64,000 nt of DNA from Spirochaetia bacterium (GTDB taxonomy: Bacteria; Spirochaetota; Spirochaetia; DSM-2461). Every line of letters starts with the position of its first letter. Within the stretch, counting starts at the first letter, position 1. A model generated the notes under the pieces. That model worked only from the letters and a program-made list of their open reading frames with translations, did no database searches and was not told the origin of the DNA. Location: positions 832,001-896,000 of the forward strand of contig CAXXIA010000002.1 in the NCBI GenBank assembly GCA_963666985.2, in the 5' to 3' direction. Shown here piece after piece: positions 1 through 8,720 of this stretch. The translations under genes were made by a program, and so were the position numbers.

Positions 1-17
1 GAAAAACGCCGAACTCC

Positions 18-881
18 ATGAAAATCAAACAAAGAACCGATACCCGCAAAGCCATGGCGCTCATTTCGCCCGCGCTGCTGTTCCTCTTTTTGGTTCAAAT
101 CTATCCGATCTTCGACGCATTCTATTTAAGCTTATTGAAAATCAAGGGGCGGAACAGCACCTTCGTCGGACTGACGAACTATATCCACATTTTTCAGAAT
201 TCCGATTTCTGGGAAAGTTCATGGTTAACGGCGCTCTTCACATTCGGATATCTGTCTCTGACGCTGATTCTGGCGATGCTCCTCGCTCTTCTCCTGAATA
301 GAAAACTTAAATTCTCATCCCTGTATCTGATTCTTATCTTCATCCCGTGGATTCTCTCGCCGGTCGTTGCCGGGACAATGTGGAGATGGCTTTTCCAGCC
401 GGCATACGGAATCATTCAAACTCTATTCGAACCCCTGATTCACAAGAGCCTGATTACGGACAAAGCGGGCGCGATGATGATCATCATCCTGGCGTTCCTC
501 TGGCAGAATCTTCCGTTGACGACGCTCTTGTTCCTGGGAGGACTCCAAACCATTTCAAAGGAAATTTTCGAATGCGCTTCACTGGACGGTGTAAGCGGTG
601 TTCAAAAATTCCGTTTCATCACCCTCCCTCTGATTAAGCCGATTCTCCTGATCAACATGATCATGGGCACCATTCGGGGCATAAACGTTATCAGCATCGT
701 CATGTCGATAACGCGGGGAGGCCCGGGACGGGCCACCGGCGTCTGGGGATTGTATCTCTATCAGACGGCTTGGCAATTCGGTGATTTCGGCAGCGGGGCC
801 GCTTTGGGAATCATCATGTTCTTCGTAAGCGTCCTGCTGTCGCTTCTCTATATCCGGTCCGTCAAGTTGGAGCCGAAATGA
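18..881 (+). CDS. Carbohydrate-type (CUT1) ABC transporter permease
   Basis: Multiple TM segments; EAA-like loop 'EIFECASLDGVSGVQKFRFITLPLIKP'; 'TRGGPG'. Confidence 0.93.
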   Translation: MKIKQRTDTRKAMALISPALLFLFLVQIYPIFDAFYLSLLKIKGRNSTFVGLTNYIHIFQNSDFWESSWLTALFTFGYLSLTLILAMLLALLLNRKLKFSSLYLILIFIPWILSPVVAGTMWRWLFQPAYGIIQTLFEPLIHKSLITDKAGAMMIIILAFLWQNLPLTTLLFLGGLQTISKEIFECASLDGVSGVQKFRFITLPLIKPILLINMIMGTIRGINVISIVMSITRGGPGRATGVWGLYLYQTAWQFGDFGSGAALGIIMFFVSVLLSLLYIRSVKLEPK

Positions 882-1714
882 TGAAAAAACACATGATGAT
901 TTCCACCGTATTCGTTCATCTGCTCCTCCTTGTCGTCTGCGCCGTCTGTCTCTTTCCGGTGTTCTATACGCTGACGACATCCTTCAAGGACGAAATCGAA
1001 GTCCTGACGAAACCTCCCCGGCTCTTCCCCGCGACATGGGTTATCAGCGGCTACGCGCAAGTCTTCAAAAGCAGCATGCTGACCTTATATCTGCCCAATT
1101 CCCTGATGAATTCCATCGTCACTTCCCTCATCGTCCTGCCTCTCGCCTCTCTGGCCGCTTACGGGTTTTCCCGTTATAAATTCAAGGGAAGTATGTTCAT
1201 TCAAGTCTGTATTCTGATGATTTGGATGGTTCCCCGTCTGACGACGCTTCTGCCCCTGTATAAAATCAGTTCCCGTCTTCATCTTCTGCAGACCCGCATT
1301 CCGCTTATCGCCGTCTATGCATCGTACTCCCTTCCCATCAGTATCTGGATTATCAAGAGCTTCATCGACGCCATTCCCAGGGACATGGAGGAAGCGGCGT
1401 GTTTGGACGGAACCACCTTGATTCAGTCCCTTTGGCACATCACCCTTCCGATGATCGCGCCCGGACTCTTTACGGCGTTTCTCATGGCATTCCTGGAATC
1501 CTGGAATGAATTTCTGGCGGCTGTCGTCCTGATCAGCAACAACAGCCTGAAAACGGCGACGGTCGGACTCTATGACTTTCAGTCGGCCTTCGAAACTTCA
1601 TATCACACCTTGGCCGCCGCCTGTATCGTCATCGCATTGCCGATACTGATAATCTTTATCCTCGGAAGGAAATATTTCTTCAAAGGGCTTATGGAAGGCG
1701 CCATTAAAGGCTAA
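878..1714 (+). CDS. Carbohydrate-type (CUT1) ABC transporter permease
   Basis: EAA loop 'MEEAACLDG'; 'SWNEFL'; C-terminal 'GLMEGAIKG'; ATGA overlap with previous gene. Confidence 0.93.
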   Translation: MMKKHMMISTVFVHLLLLVVCAVCLFPVFYTLTTSFKDEIEVLTKPPRLFPATWVISGYAQVFKSSMLTLYLPNSLMNSIVTSLIVLPLASLAAYGFSRYKFKGSMFIQVCILMIWMVPRLTTLLPLYKISSRLHLLQTRIPLIAVYASYSLPISIWIIKSFIDAIPRDMEEAACLDGTTLIQSLWHITLPMIAPGLFTAFLMAFLESWNEFLAAVVLISNNSLKTATVGLYDFQSAFETSYHTLAAACIVIALPILIIFILGRKYFFKGLMEGAIKG

Positions 1715-1753
1715 AACAACCATTGTTCGATCATCACGCTTAAGGAGACGCTT

Positions 1754-2485
1754 GTGACGATTAAAAACTCGGTAATCATGATAACCGGCGGAGCGATTCG
1801 CGTAGGAAAAGCTTTCGCTCTGCATTTGGCGCGACAGGGAGCTCATATCGCATTTACGTATTTCGACGATTCCGAAGACTGGGAAACCACATCCCGGGAA
1901 ATCGAAGAATGCGGAGTAAAATCCCTCCCCTTGAAAGTCGACAGCAGGGATTCCGCGCAAATCGGAGAAGCCGTTGAGAAAACCGCCGAGACTTTCGGCA
2001 CCATCAATGTTCTTATCAACAATGCCGGAATCTGGCTCAAAACACCGTTTCTCGAAATTCCCGAGGAGGACTTCGACAGGGAAATCGCGATCAACCTGAA
2101 AGGGCCCTTCCTTTTCTCCCAGAAGGTGGCTCCGATCATGCTGAAAGGCAAAGCCGGAGTCATCATCAACATCACCGATATCTCCGCGTTCCAAGTCTGG
2201 CCGGGTTATGCGCATCATGCCGCGTCAAAAAGCGGATTGGTTTCGCTGACCAAGCAGATGGCGACGGAGTTGGCTCCGTCCGTCAGAGTGAACGCCATCG
2301 CCCCCGGCACCATTATGCTTCCTCCGGAAGCCTCCGAAGAGAAAATCAAATGGTCCAGGGAAAATTCCCTGCTTAAACGAATCGGAAAGGTGGAAGAAGC
2401 CGCGCAGCTGGTTCAATTTCTTATCGAAAACGACTTTGTAACAGGAAGCGTTTATCCCATCGACGGAGGCAGGTCTCTGGTATGA
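1754..2485 (+). CDS. SDR oxidoreductase, pteridine reductase (FolM/PTR1/PruA)-like
   Basis: TGGAIRVG (TGxxxRxG), NNAG, 'VNAIAPG', 'FVTGSVYPIDGG'; GTG start after AAGGAG RBS. Confidence 0.85.
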   Translation: MTIKNSVIMITGGAIRVGKAFALHLARQGAHIAFTYFDDSEDWETTSREIEECGVKSLPLKVDSRDSAQIGEAVEKTAETFGTINVLINNAGIWLKTPFLEIPEEDFDREIAINLKGPFLFSQKVAPIMLKGKAGVIINITDISAFQVWPGYAHHAASKSGLVSLTKQMATELAPSVRVNAIAPGTIMLPPEASEEKIKWSRENSLLKRIGKVEEAAQLVQFLIENDFVTGSVYPIDGGRSLV

Positions 2486-3801
2486 ACAAAAAAGCGGAAT
2501 CGCCGAACGGCGATCTCCTGATAATCGGAGGCGCATATCTCCTTTCCGGCGGATGGCGGCAAGGGGGATATGCGCTGATCAAAGACGGAAAGATTGCAGA
2601 ACTCTCTCCGAAAGAGCCTTCGGAAGAACTGAAGGCCGGCGCGGGAAGCGTTATTTCCGCCGACGGTATGGCCGTTCTTCCCGGACTGATCAACGCCCAT
2701 ACCCACTTCGGACAAACATTCATGAGGGGATTGGCCGGAGGCAGGCCTCTGCTGCCTTGGCTGAAAGAGCGGATATGGCCTTTGCAGGAAGCCTTCGGTC
2801 CGGAGGAAATGGAATTGGCCGCGCAATTGGGACTGTTGGAAAACCTGCGATGCGGCGTTACGAAGGTTACCGACCATCATAAAATAACGAAGGAAAACAG
2901 GTACGCGGACATCGTTTGTACCGCCGCGGAGCAAGCGGGGATACGCTTAACCCTCGCACGGTCCTGGACGGATCTGGAGCCGGGAGGAGAACGGCCGGAA
3001 GCCGTTCTCGACGATCTGAAATCCCTTTTCGGCCGATGGAAAGGAAGCCGGTTCGTAACCATCGCCAACGGCCCGCTGGCGGCTTGGCGCTGCGGCGCAG
3101 AAACGCTTCAAAAAAGCCACGCCCTTGCGCGTGAAAACAATTCTTTTACCCATATCCACGTTTCGGAGGTTTCCGAAGAAGTCCGCAAGAGCCGGGAATC
3201 CTACGATCTTCCTCCCATCGCGTGGCTTGATTCATTGGGCATCCTGGACAGCAGGATGCAGTTGGTTCACTGCGTCTGGGCGGAACCGGATGAAATCGAA
3301 AGAATCGCCCGATCGGAATCCACGATGATCCATTGTCCGGTCAGCAATGCAGTCCTGGGATCGGGAATTGCGCCCTTGAAAAGATTCATCGAGAACAAGA
3401 TTCCCATTCTTCTGGGAACCGACGGCCCCGCGAGCAATGACACTCAGGATCTTATCGAAACGATGAAATCGGCTCTGCTTTTCGCCCGATCTTCGGAACT
3501 GGACGTTGAAGCCGTTTCCCCGGATCAGGTTCTTTCCATGGCCGTCGGGGGAAAACGCCTTGAAGCGGGAGCTCCGGCGGATCTGATACTCATCGATCTC
3601 GAAAATCCCCGGTCGGTTCCCGTTCATGACTATACGTCCGCCTTAACACTCGGCACACACGGGAGCGATGTGGCCACCGTGATTATCGACGGACGCATCC
3701 TGATTCAAGACAAAAAATGCCTGTTTCTCGACGAATCCGCGCTTCTCTCGGAATGCGGCAAAGCGGCGAAGAAACTGAAGAAACGCGCGGGGTTGGATTA
3801 A
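2482..3801 (+). CDS. Metal-dependent amidohydrolase, nucleobase/heterocycle deaminase family (MtaD/SsnA/AtzB-like)
   Basis: 'PGLINAHTHFGQ', 'HIHVSE', 'HCPVSN', 'LGTDG' metal-binding motifs; ATGA overlap with SDR. Confidence 0.88.
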   Translation: MNKKAESPNGDLLIIGGAYLLSGGWRQGGYALIKDGKIAELSPKEPSEELKAGAGSVISADGMAVLPGLINAHTHFGQTFMRGLAGGRPLLPWLKERIWPLQEAFGPEEMELAAQLGLLENLRCGVTKVTDHHKITKENRYADIVCTAAEQAGIRLTLARSWTDLEPGGERPEAVLDDLKSLFGRWKGSRFVTIANGPLAAWRCGAETLQKSHALARENNSFTHIHVSEVSEEVRKSRESYDLPPIAWLDSLGILDSRMQLVHCVWAEPDEIERIARSESTMIHCPVSNAVLGSGIAPLKRFIENKIPILLGTDGPASNDTQDLIETMKSALLFARSSELDVEAVSPDQVLSMAVGGKRLEAGAPADLILIDLENPRSVPVHDYTSALTLGTHGSDVATVIIDGRILIQDKKCLFLDESALLSECGKAAKKLKKRAGLD

Positions 3802-3914
3802 CCTGCCGTCACGCCGCGGTGTTCCGGGCGCGCGGACGGCGCTCTCATGAAGACGGGGGCGGGCGGGGTATCCGCGGCACAGCGGCCCCCGGGAAGCCGC
3901 AAGCACCCGGCGAA

Positions 3915-5273
3915 TCAGCCCGCCGTCCCGCCGCCCTTTCTCAAATAATCCTGAAGATTAACGGACGGATAAACCACTCTTTTCAGCGCTTTCTTTTTCG
4001 CCGGGAGGGTGGCGTCGATACCCATCTTGTTCTGCACTCCTTCGGAGTCGCTGCAGGGATCCAGTTCATGCCCCCGGCTGTTGGGAATGATGAACATATC
4101 CTCCCGGGGATTAACCCGGTTGCTCAATGCCCAAAAAACGTCGGAAGCGCTGAAGATGTCCACATCCGTATCGACGACGATGACATTCTTAATATTCACA
4201 TGAGCCGTCATGGCCGCCATGGCCACGTTCTTGGGTTCCCCTTCGTTCTTCTTCTCCATCTGAATAATCGCCATGAATCCTGAGCCGTAAGGCGGAATGT
4301 GAACGGCGGTAACGGAAGACGAGACATGCATCGCGAAACGCTTGAGCAAAGGCTCCCGGGGAAGAACATTGCCGAGATTGATGTGTTCGAAACTGGCGCC
4401 GTTCAGGGTTTGCCAGATGGGATTTTTTCGATGGGTAACGGCTTTGATCTTGAATACCGGGCTCTCCCAAAGCAAGCCGTAATGACCGGTGAACTCGGCC
4501 AGGGGGCCCTCTTCTTCCCTGACTCCCGGCAGAATTTCCCCTTCCAAAACGTACTCGCTGAAGGCGGGAACGCGGATGTCGCATGTTTCGCATTTCACGG
4601 TCTCAACGGGTTTCCCGCGAAGAGCTCCCGCGATTTCCGCCTCATCCCCTTCGTAGCGGAATCCCGCGGCGATCATCAATGCCGGATCCACTCCCACGGC
4701 CACGGCCACGGGCAGGGGCGCGTTTCGGTCTTCCGCCTTTTTCAAAAAGTCCCTCAAATGGCGCCAGGAATTGATCATGATGCCCATTTTATCCCTTCCC
4801 TTCACCTGCATTCGCTGGAAGCTTAAATTCTGCATGCCTGTTTCGGGATCTCTCCCGACGGTGACTCCGGCGGTAATGAACGGTCCTCCATCACCGGGAG
4901 CGTGAATCGGAATGGGAAGGCTCGTGAGATCCACCTCCTCACCGGTAAGAATAACTTCTTTGCAGGGCGCGTCTGAAATCTCTTTTGATGAGATGGGATT
5001 GTCCAAAACCCTCTCCATCCTGTCCGAGATTTCTTCCGGTTCACATTCAAGGGCTGCGGCAATCTTCTTATGATCCGAAAGCAAACCTCCGGCAACTTGT
5101 CCCGCCCCCCCCTTCAGCTCCGGAAAAAACGCGGCGGGACCATGGATTTTCTCCAAACCGGCGAGGACGCTTCCGATTTCATGCCGGAGGTCCACCGGCT
5201 TCACGATGGTTTCGAGTTCTCCCCGCGCTTCCAGGGCCTTCATAAATGTTCTTAAGTCGTAAATGTCCGCCAT
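3915..5273 (-). CDS. UbiD-family prFMN-dependent (de)carboxylase
   Basis: 'DGGPFIT', 'NLSFQRMQ' (Arg), 'EEEGPLAEFTGHY', 'VVDTDVDI', 'KMGIDAT'. Confidence 0.93.
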   Translation of the reverse strand: MADIYDLRTFMKALEARGELETIVKPVDLRHEIGSVLAGLEKIHGPAAFFPELKGGAGQVAGGLLSDHKKIAAALECEPEEISDRMERVLDNPISSKEISDAPCKEVILTGEEVDLTSLPIPIHAPGDGGPFITAGVTVGRDPETGMQNLSFQRMQVKGRDKMGIMINSWRHLRDFLKKAEDRNAPLPVAVAVGVDPALMIAAGFRYEGDEAEIAGALRGKPVETVKCETCDIRVPAFSEYVLEGEILPGVREEEGPLAEFTGHYGLLWESPVFKIKAVTHRKNPIWQTLNGASFEHINLGNVLPREPLLKRFAMHVSSSVTAVHIPPYGSGFMAIIQMEKKNEGEPKNVAMAAMTAHVNIKNVIVVDTDVDIFSASDVFWALSNRVNPREDMFIIPNSRGHELDPCSDSEGVQNKMGIDATLPAKKKALKRVVYPSVNLQDYLRKGGGTAG

Positions 5274-5289
5274 TTGATGTCCTTTGTTT

Positions 5290-6015
5290 TTATTTCCATT
5301 TGGTCAGAAACGCTAATTTAACAAGATGAGGATTAAACGAAATCAAACTCCTGCATACCAGATTGTCGAAAATGCTGATATGGTTTTCCTCCCAGCGAAT
5401 AAGAGATTCGCCCTCTTCCAGTTCGAGAATCTCAGCAAGCCGGGGAGAGGCCTTGGACGGTTCAAAACGCTTGAGTGATTGAACGACTTCTTCCGTAACA
5501 AGACTTTGAAGCTGTTCGTTGAACCCCGACGGATTCAGCGGCATAAAACCTTCGCTGCGTCGAAGGTAATCGGCGAGGATGAAATTCCGGCTGTAGATAA
5601 CCGGTTTTCCGTCGGCCGAATAGAGGTTCTCCAAGAGAAGGTAGCCCCGGCGGGGATTCAAATCCTCGAACAGCGAATCGGCCTCGCCGCCTTCCACCCA
5701 TCGGGGCTCTTTCCGATCCACCGAAACCGCATAGCCTCCGTTCTCAAGGAGACTCCGGAAGTCGCCGATTCTGTCGATTCGCATGGTTTCGTTCAAAGTC
5801 GTCGGATGGACGAGATTGCCCAATCCATGCTTTTTCGTAATAAAGCCTTCCCTGTTGAGAGCGATAAGGGCTTCACGCAGAGTCGTTCGGCTGATGCCGA
5901 ACTCCGAACAGAGATGAGCTTCGGAGGGAAGCCGATTCCCGGGAAATCGCGTTCCGGAAATAAGTTCCAAGAGTGCTTCTTTTGCTTTGACGTAAAGAGG
6001 ATTTTTTTCTATCAT
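5290..6015 (-). CDS. GntR-family regulator (HutC/UTRA-type)
   Basis: 'RLPSEAHLCSEFGISRTTLREAL' wHTH, 'KKHGLG'; 241 aa with UTRA-size C-domain. Confidence 0.88.
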   Translation of the reverse strand: MIEKNPLYVKAKEALLELISGTRFPGNRLPSEAHLCSEFGISRTTLREALIALNREGFITKKHGLGNLVHPTTLNETMRIDRIGDFRSLLENGGYAVSVDRKEPRWVEGGEADSLFEDLNPRRGYLLLENLYSADGKPVIYSRNFILADYLRRSEGFMPLNPSGFNEQLQSLVTEEVVQSLKRFEPSKASPRLAEILELEEGESLIRWEENHISIFDNLVCRSLISFNPHLVKLAFLTKWK

Positions 6016-6037
6016 AGATCATCTGCTCATCAGACCT

Positions 6038-6065
6038 ATTTTATAAAGATGAGAGAGCATGTCAA
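6038..6065 (-). promoter_or_regulatory. sigma70-type promoter for gntR-ubiD
   Basis: Minus strand TTGACA-N16-TAAAAT just upstream of the gntR ATG (6015). Confidence 0.6.
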
Positions 6066-6129
6066 TCTCTTCACGAAAATCGCGGCGATGAAGTTCCACA
6101 TCCGGCCGCTTCGGTTAAGGATTCCGATT

Positions 6130-6726
6130 ATGAACGATCAGACAAAACACCCTCTTCTTGTAGGGATTACCGGCGCTTCCGGAGCTCTTTTGGCCGGAAG
6201 ATTCCTTCGGATACTGAAAGAAGAGAAAATCCCGATGAGAATCATCATTTCGCAATGGGCGGAAGAAGTCGCTCTTTCGGAAACGGGTCAATCTTGGTCC
6301 GATTTGCTGGCGGATCTAAACCTGAAGTCCTTCCGGAGGGATTGGACCGACCTTTCGGCCGATATCGCCAGCGGCTCCTTCCCTTCCGAAGGAATGGTGA
6401 TCCTGCCCTGCTCCATGGGAACCCTCGGCGGCATCGCGGCGGGGATTTCCAGGAACCTCATCGAAAGGGCGGCCGATGTTATGCTGAAAGAAAGAAAACC
6501 GCTTGTTCTCGTGCCCAGGGAAACACCGCTGAACACGATTCATATCAAAAACATGCTGCGCCTTTCCGAAGCGGGCGCGATTATCATGCCGCCGATGTTC
6601 TCTTTCTATACCAATCCGGAAAATATTCCGGAAATGATCGATCAGTTCGCCTATAGGATTCTCAAATGTCTGGGCATTGAATCAGACGGATTAAAGATCT
6701 GGAATCCCGAGATCGCGGGCCGATAA
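6130..6726 (+). CDS. ubiX: UbiX-family flavin prenyltransferase
   Basis: 'VGITGASG', 'IASGSF', 'PCSMGTL', 'RAADVMLKERKPLVLVPRETP'; start moved to ATG 6130 (5' part of track ORF 5479.. overlaps gntR). Confidence 0.93.
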   Translation: MNDQTKHPLLVGITGASGALLAGRFLRILKEEKIPMRIIISQWAEEVALSETGQSWSDLLADLNLKSFRRDWTDLSADIASGSFPSEGMVILPCSMGTLGGIAAGISRNLIERAADVMLKERKPLVLVPRETPLNTIHIKNMLRLSEAGAIIMPPMFSFYTNPENIPEMIDQFAYRILKCLGIESDGLKIWNPEIAGR

Positions 6727-6933
6727 GTCCCGCACCCCGAAAAATCGATCCCTCCGCGGCATCTTCTTATTGAGAATTGAAGAATGAAATCGAATCGTCC
6801 GAAATCGGCATGAAACCGTACGGCCTTGTGTTGCATGATCATTTCAAGCACCGCCGAACGCCGCATACGGGCCAAAGACCAAGAATCGTAACACGATTTA
6901 GCGAGCGGCATTCATGAGAATGCCCCACAGGCG

Positions 6934-7767
6934 CTATTTCACTCCTCCGAACGTCAGGCCGCTTACATAATATTTCTGCAGCAGAAGAGAAAGAACGATA
7001 ACCGGAAGAACCGACAGCACACCCATGGCCGCCATGGTGGTCCAGCCGACGCTCATCATGCCGAAAGTGCTGAGCATTCCCAAAGGCAATGTCGCGGTTG
7101 CCGGAGCTGTCAGTGTTAAGGCGAAGATAAAGTCGTTCCATGAATAAATGAACGCAAAGAGCGCCGAAGTTACCAGCCCGGGAAGACTTAAAGGAATCAC
7201 GACTCTGTAGAACGCTTTAAAAATGCCGCATCCGTCGATTATGGCGGCCTCCTCCAGATCTTCCGGAACGGCTTCGAAAATCCCGGACATCAGCCAGGCC
7301 GTAAAACAGGCGTTGTAGATCGTATCGATCAGGATAACCGCCAATCGCGTTCCGAAAAGCCCCAATTTCTGCATAAGAATCCGAAACGGCAGAACAATCA
7401 GAACCGGCGGCAGAGTCCTGGCCAGCAGGATGAAGGACAACAGCAGGAAGCGTCCTCTGAATCGCACCCTGGAAAACGCATATCCGGCGGGTACGCCCAG
7501 CAGAAGTGAAAGAATCATCGTTCCGAATGAGATGACGATGCTGTTCCAGCCCCACTTGAATACGGGCATGGAACCGGTAACGTATTCAAAGTTGGTGAAC
7601 GTCGGCTTAAAGCGGAACCAAACGGGAGGAAGCTTGAACATTTCGATTTTGAACTTCAGCGATGTCTGCAGAAGCCACAGAATCGGGATGAGGAAGAATC
7701 CGAGGGCCAGGGCGATGAGGATGTACCGCATCCAGCGGGTATACATCCGTGTCGATGGAAGACTCAT
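6934..7767 (-). CDS. Carbohydrate ABC transporter permease
   Basis: 'LEEAAIIDG', 'SWNDFIFAL', 'GLTFGGVK'. Confidence 0.93.
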   Translation of the reverse strand: MSLPSTRMYTRWMRYILIALALGFFLIPILWLLQTSLKFKIEMFKLPPVWFRFKPTFTNFEYVTGSMPVFKWGWNSIVISFGTMILSLLLGVPAGYAFSRVRFRGRFLLLSFILLARTLPPVLIVLPFRILMQKLGLFGTRLAVILIDTIYNACFTAWLMSGIFEAVPEDLEEAAIIDGCGIFKAFYRVVIPLSLPGLVTSALFAFIYSWNDFIFALTLTAPATATLPLGMLSTFGMMSVGWTTMAAMGVLSVLPVIVLSLLLQKYYVSGLTFGGVK

Positions 7768-8666
7768 TTATTCCTCCCTCTGTTGCTGTAGAGAACTTGC
7801 ATGAACACCATTCCAAGAACGACTCCCGCCACAAGCAGGACATTCGACATCGAAGCGGCATATCCGATATGAAGCTGCTGAATCCCCACTTCATAAATCC
7901 TGAGATTGGCCACCGTCGTCGCCGTTCCGGGCCCCCCGTTCGTCGTGGCGAAGATTGTATCAAACGTCTTCATGGCGTCCAAAGTCCTGATCAGCAGGGC
8001 GATGAGCAGCGTCGGTTTCAGCAGCGGCAGAGTAATATGCCGAAAAAGGGCGAATTTTCCGGCACCGTCGAGCATCCCGGCTTCATAGGGCTCCTTCGGC
8101 AGGCTTTTCATGCCGGCCAGAACGATGATGGCCACCAGAGGCGTCCATTCCCAGATATCGATAATCACGATGCCCAAAAGCGCGAGATGCCGCTCGACCA
8201 AAAGCCCTCGACCGATATTGAGTCCGATAAGGCGCATGTAATACGTCAGGAATCCCTGGTCCGGATGATAGAGAGCTTTCCAAAGCAATCCGACGACCAA
8301 AGGGGTGAAGACCGTCGGAAGCAGAATCAGAGTTCTGAAAAAACCGATGATTTTCGATTCGATATTGAAAAGAAGCGCGATAAGAATTCCCAAAAACAGC
8401 TGGCTGGCGACGCAGTAAATAATGTAAAGAATCGTGGTTTTCAGAGAACCGACGAACTGCTCGTCACGGAGCATAAGAAGATAATTTTTTCCGCCGTTAA
8501 ACGTCTTCTCTGCACCCAGGGAATAATCGAAGAAGCTTATAACGATGTTATAGATAACGGGATAGAGAAAAAAAACCACCATATAAAGGCTTAAGGGAAT
8601 AAGGAAGAGAGCGATGTATTCCTTGTAAAAGTGTTTTTTCAGAGTACGGCGCATCAAAAGCTCCAC
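7764..8666 (-). CDS. Carbohydrate ABC transporter permease
   Basis: 'DIWEWTP', 'PYEAGMLDGA', 'TNGGPGTAT'. Confidence 0.93.
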   Translation of the reverse strand: MELLMRRTLKKHFYKEYIALFLIPLSLYMVVFFLYPVIYNIVISFFDYSLGAEKTFNGGKNYLLMLRDEQFVGSLKTTILYIIYCVASQLFLGILIALLFNIESKIIGFFRTLILLPTVFTPLVVGLLWKALYHPDQGFLTYYMRLIGLNIGRGLLVERHLALLGIVIIDIWEWTPLVAIIVLAGMKSLPKEPYEAGMLDGAGKFALFRHITLPLLKPTLLIALLIRTLDAMKTFDTIFATTNGGPGTATTVANLRIYEVGIQQLHIGYAASMSNVLLVAGVVLGMVFMQVLYSNRGRNK

Positions 8667-8678
8667 TTGGCCACGCGA

Positions 8679-8711
8679 AACGGCCGCCCGCCTTGGAAAC
8701 GGGCGACCGTT
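8679..8711 (-). terminator. Intercistronic stem-loop after binding-protein gene
   Basis: AACGGCCGCCCG...CGGGCGACCGTT near-perfect inverted repeat between SBP stop and permease. Confidence 0.5.
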
Positions 8712-8720
8712 CGGGGTTAC

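Noticed and set aside
5479..6129. N-terminal extension of the 415-aa UbiX ORF
   Set aside because: Antisense to gntR; UbiX homology starts at ATG 6130
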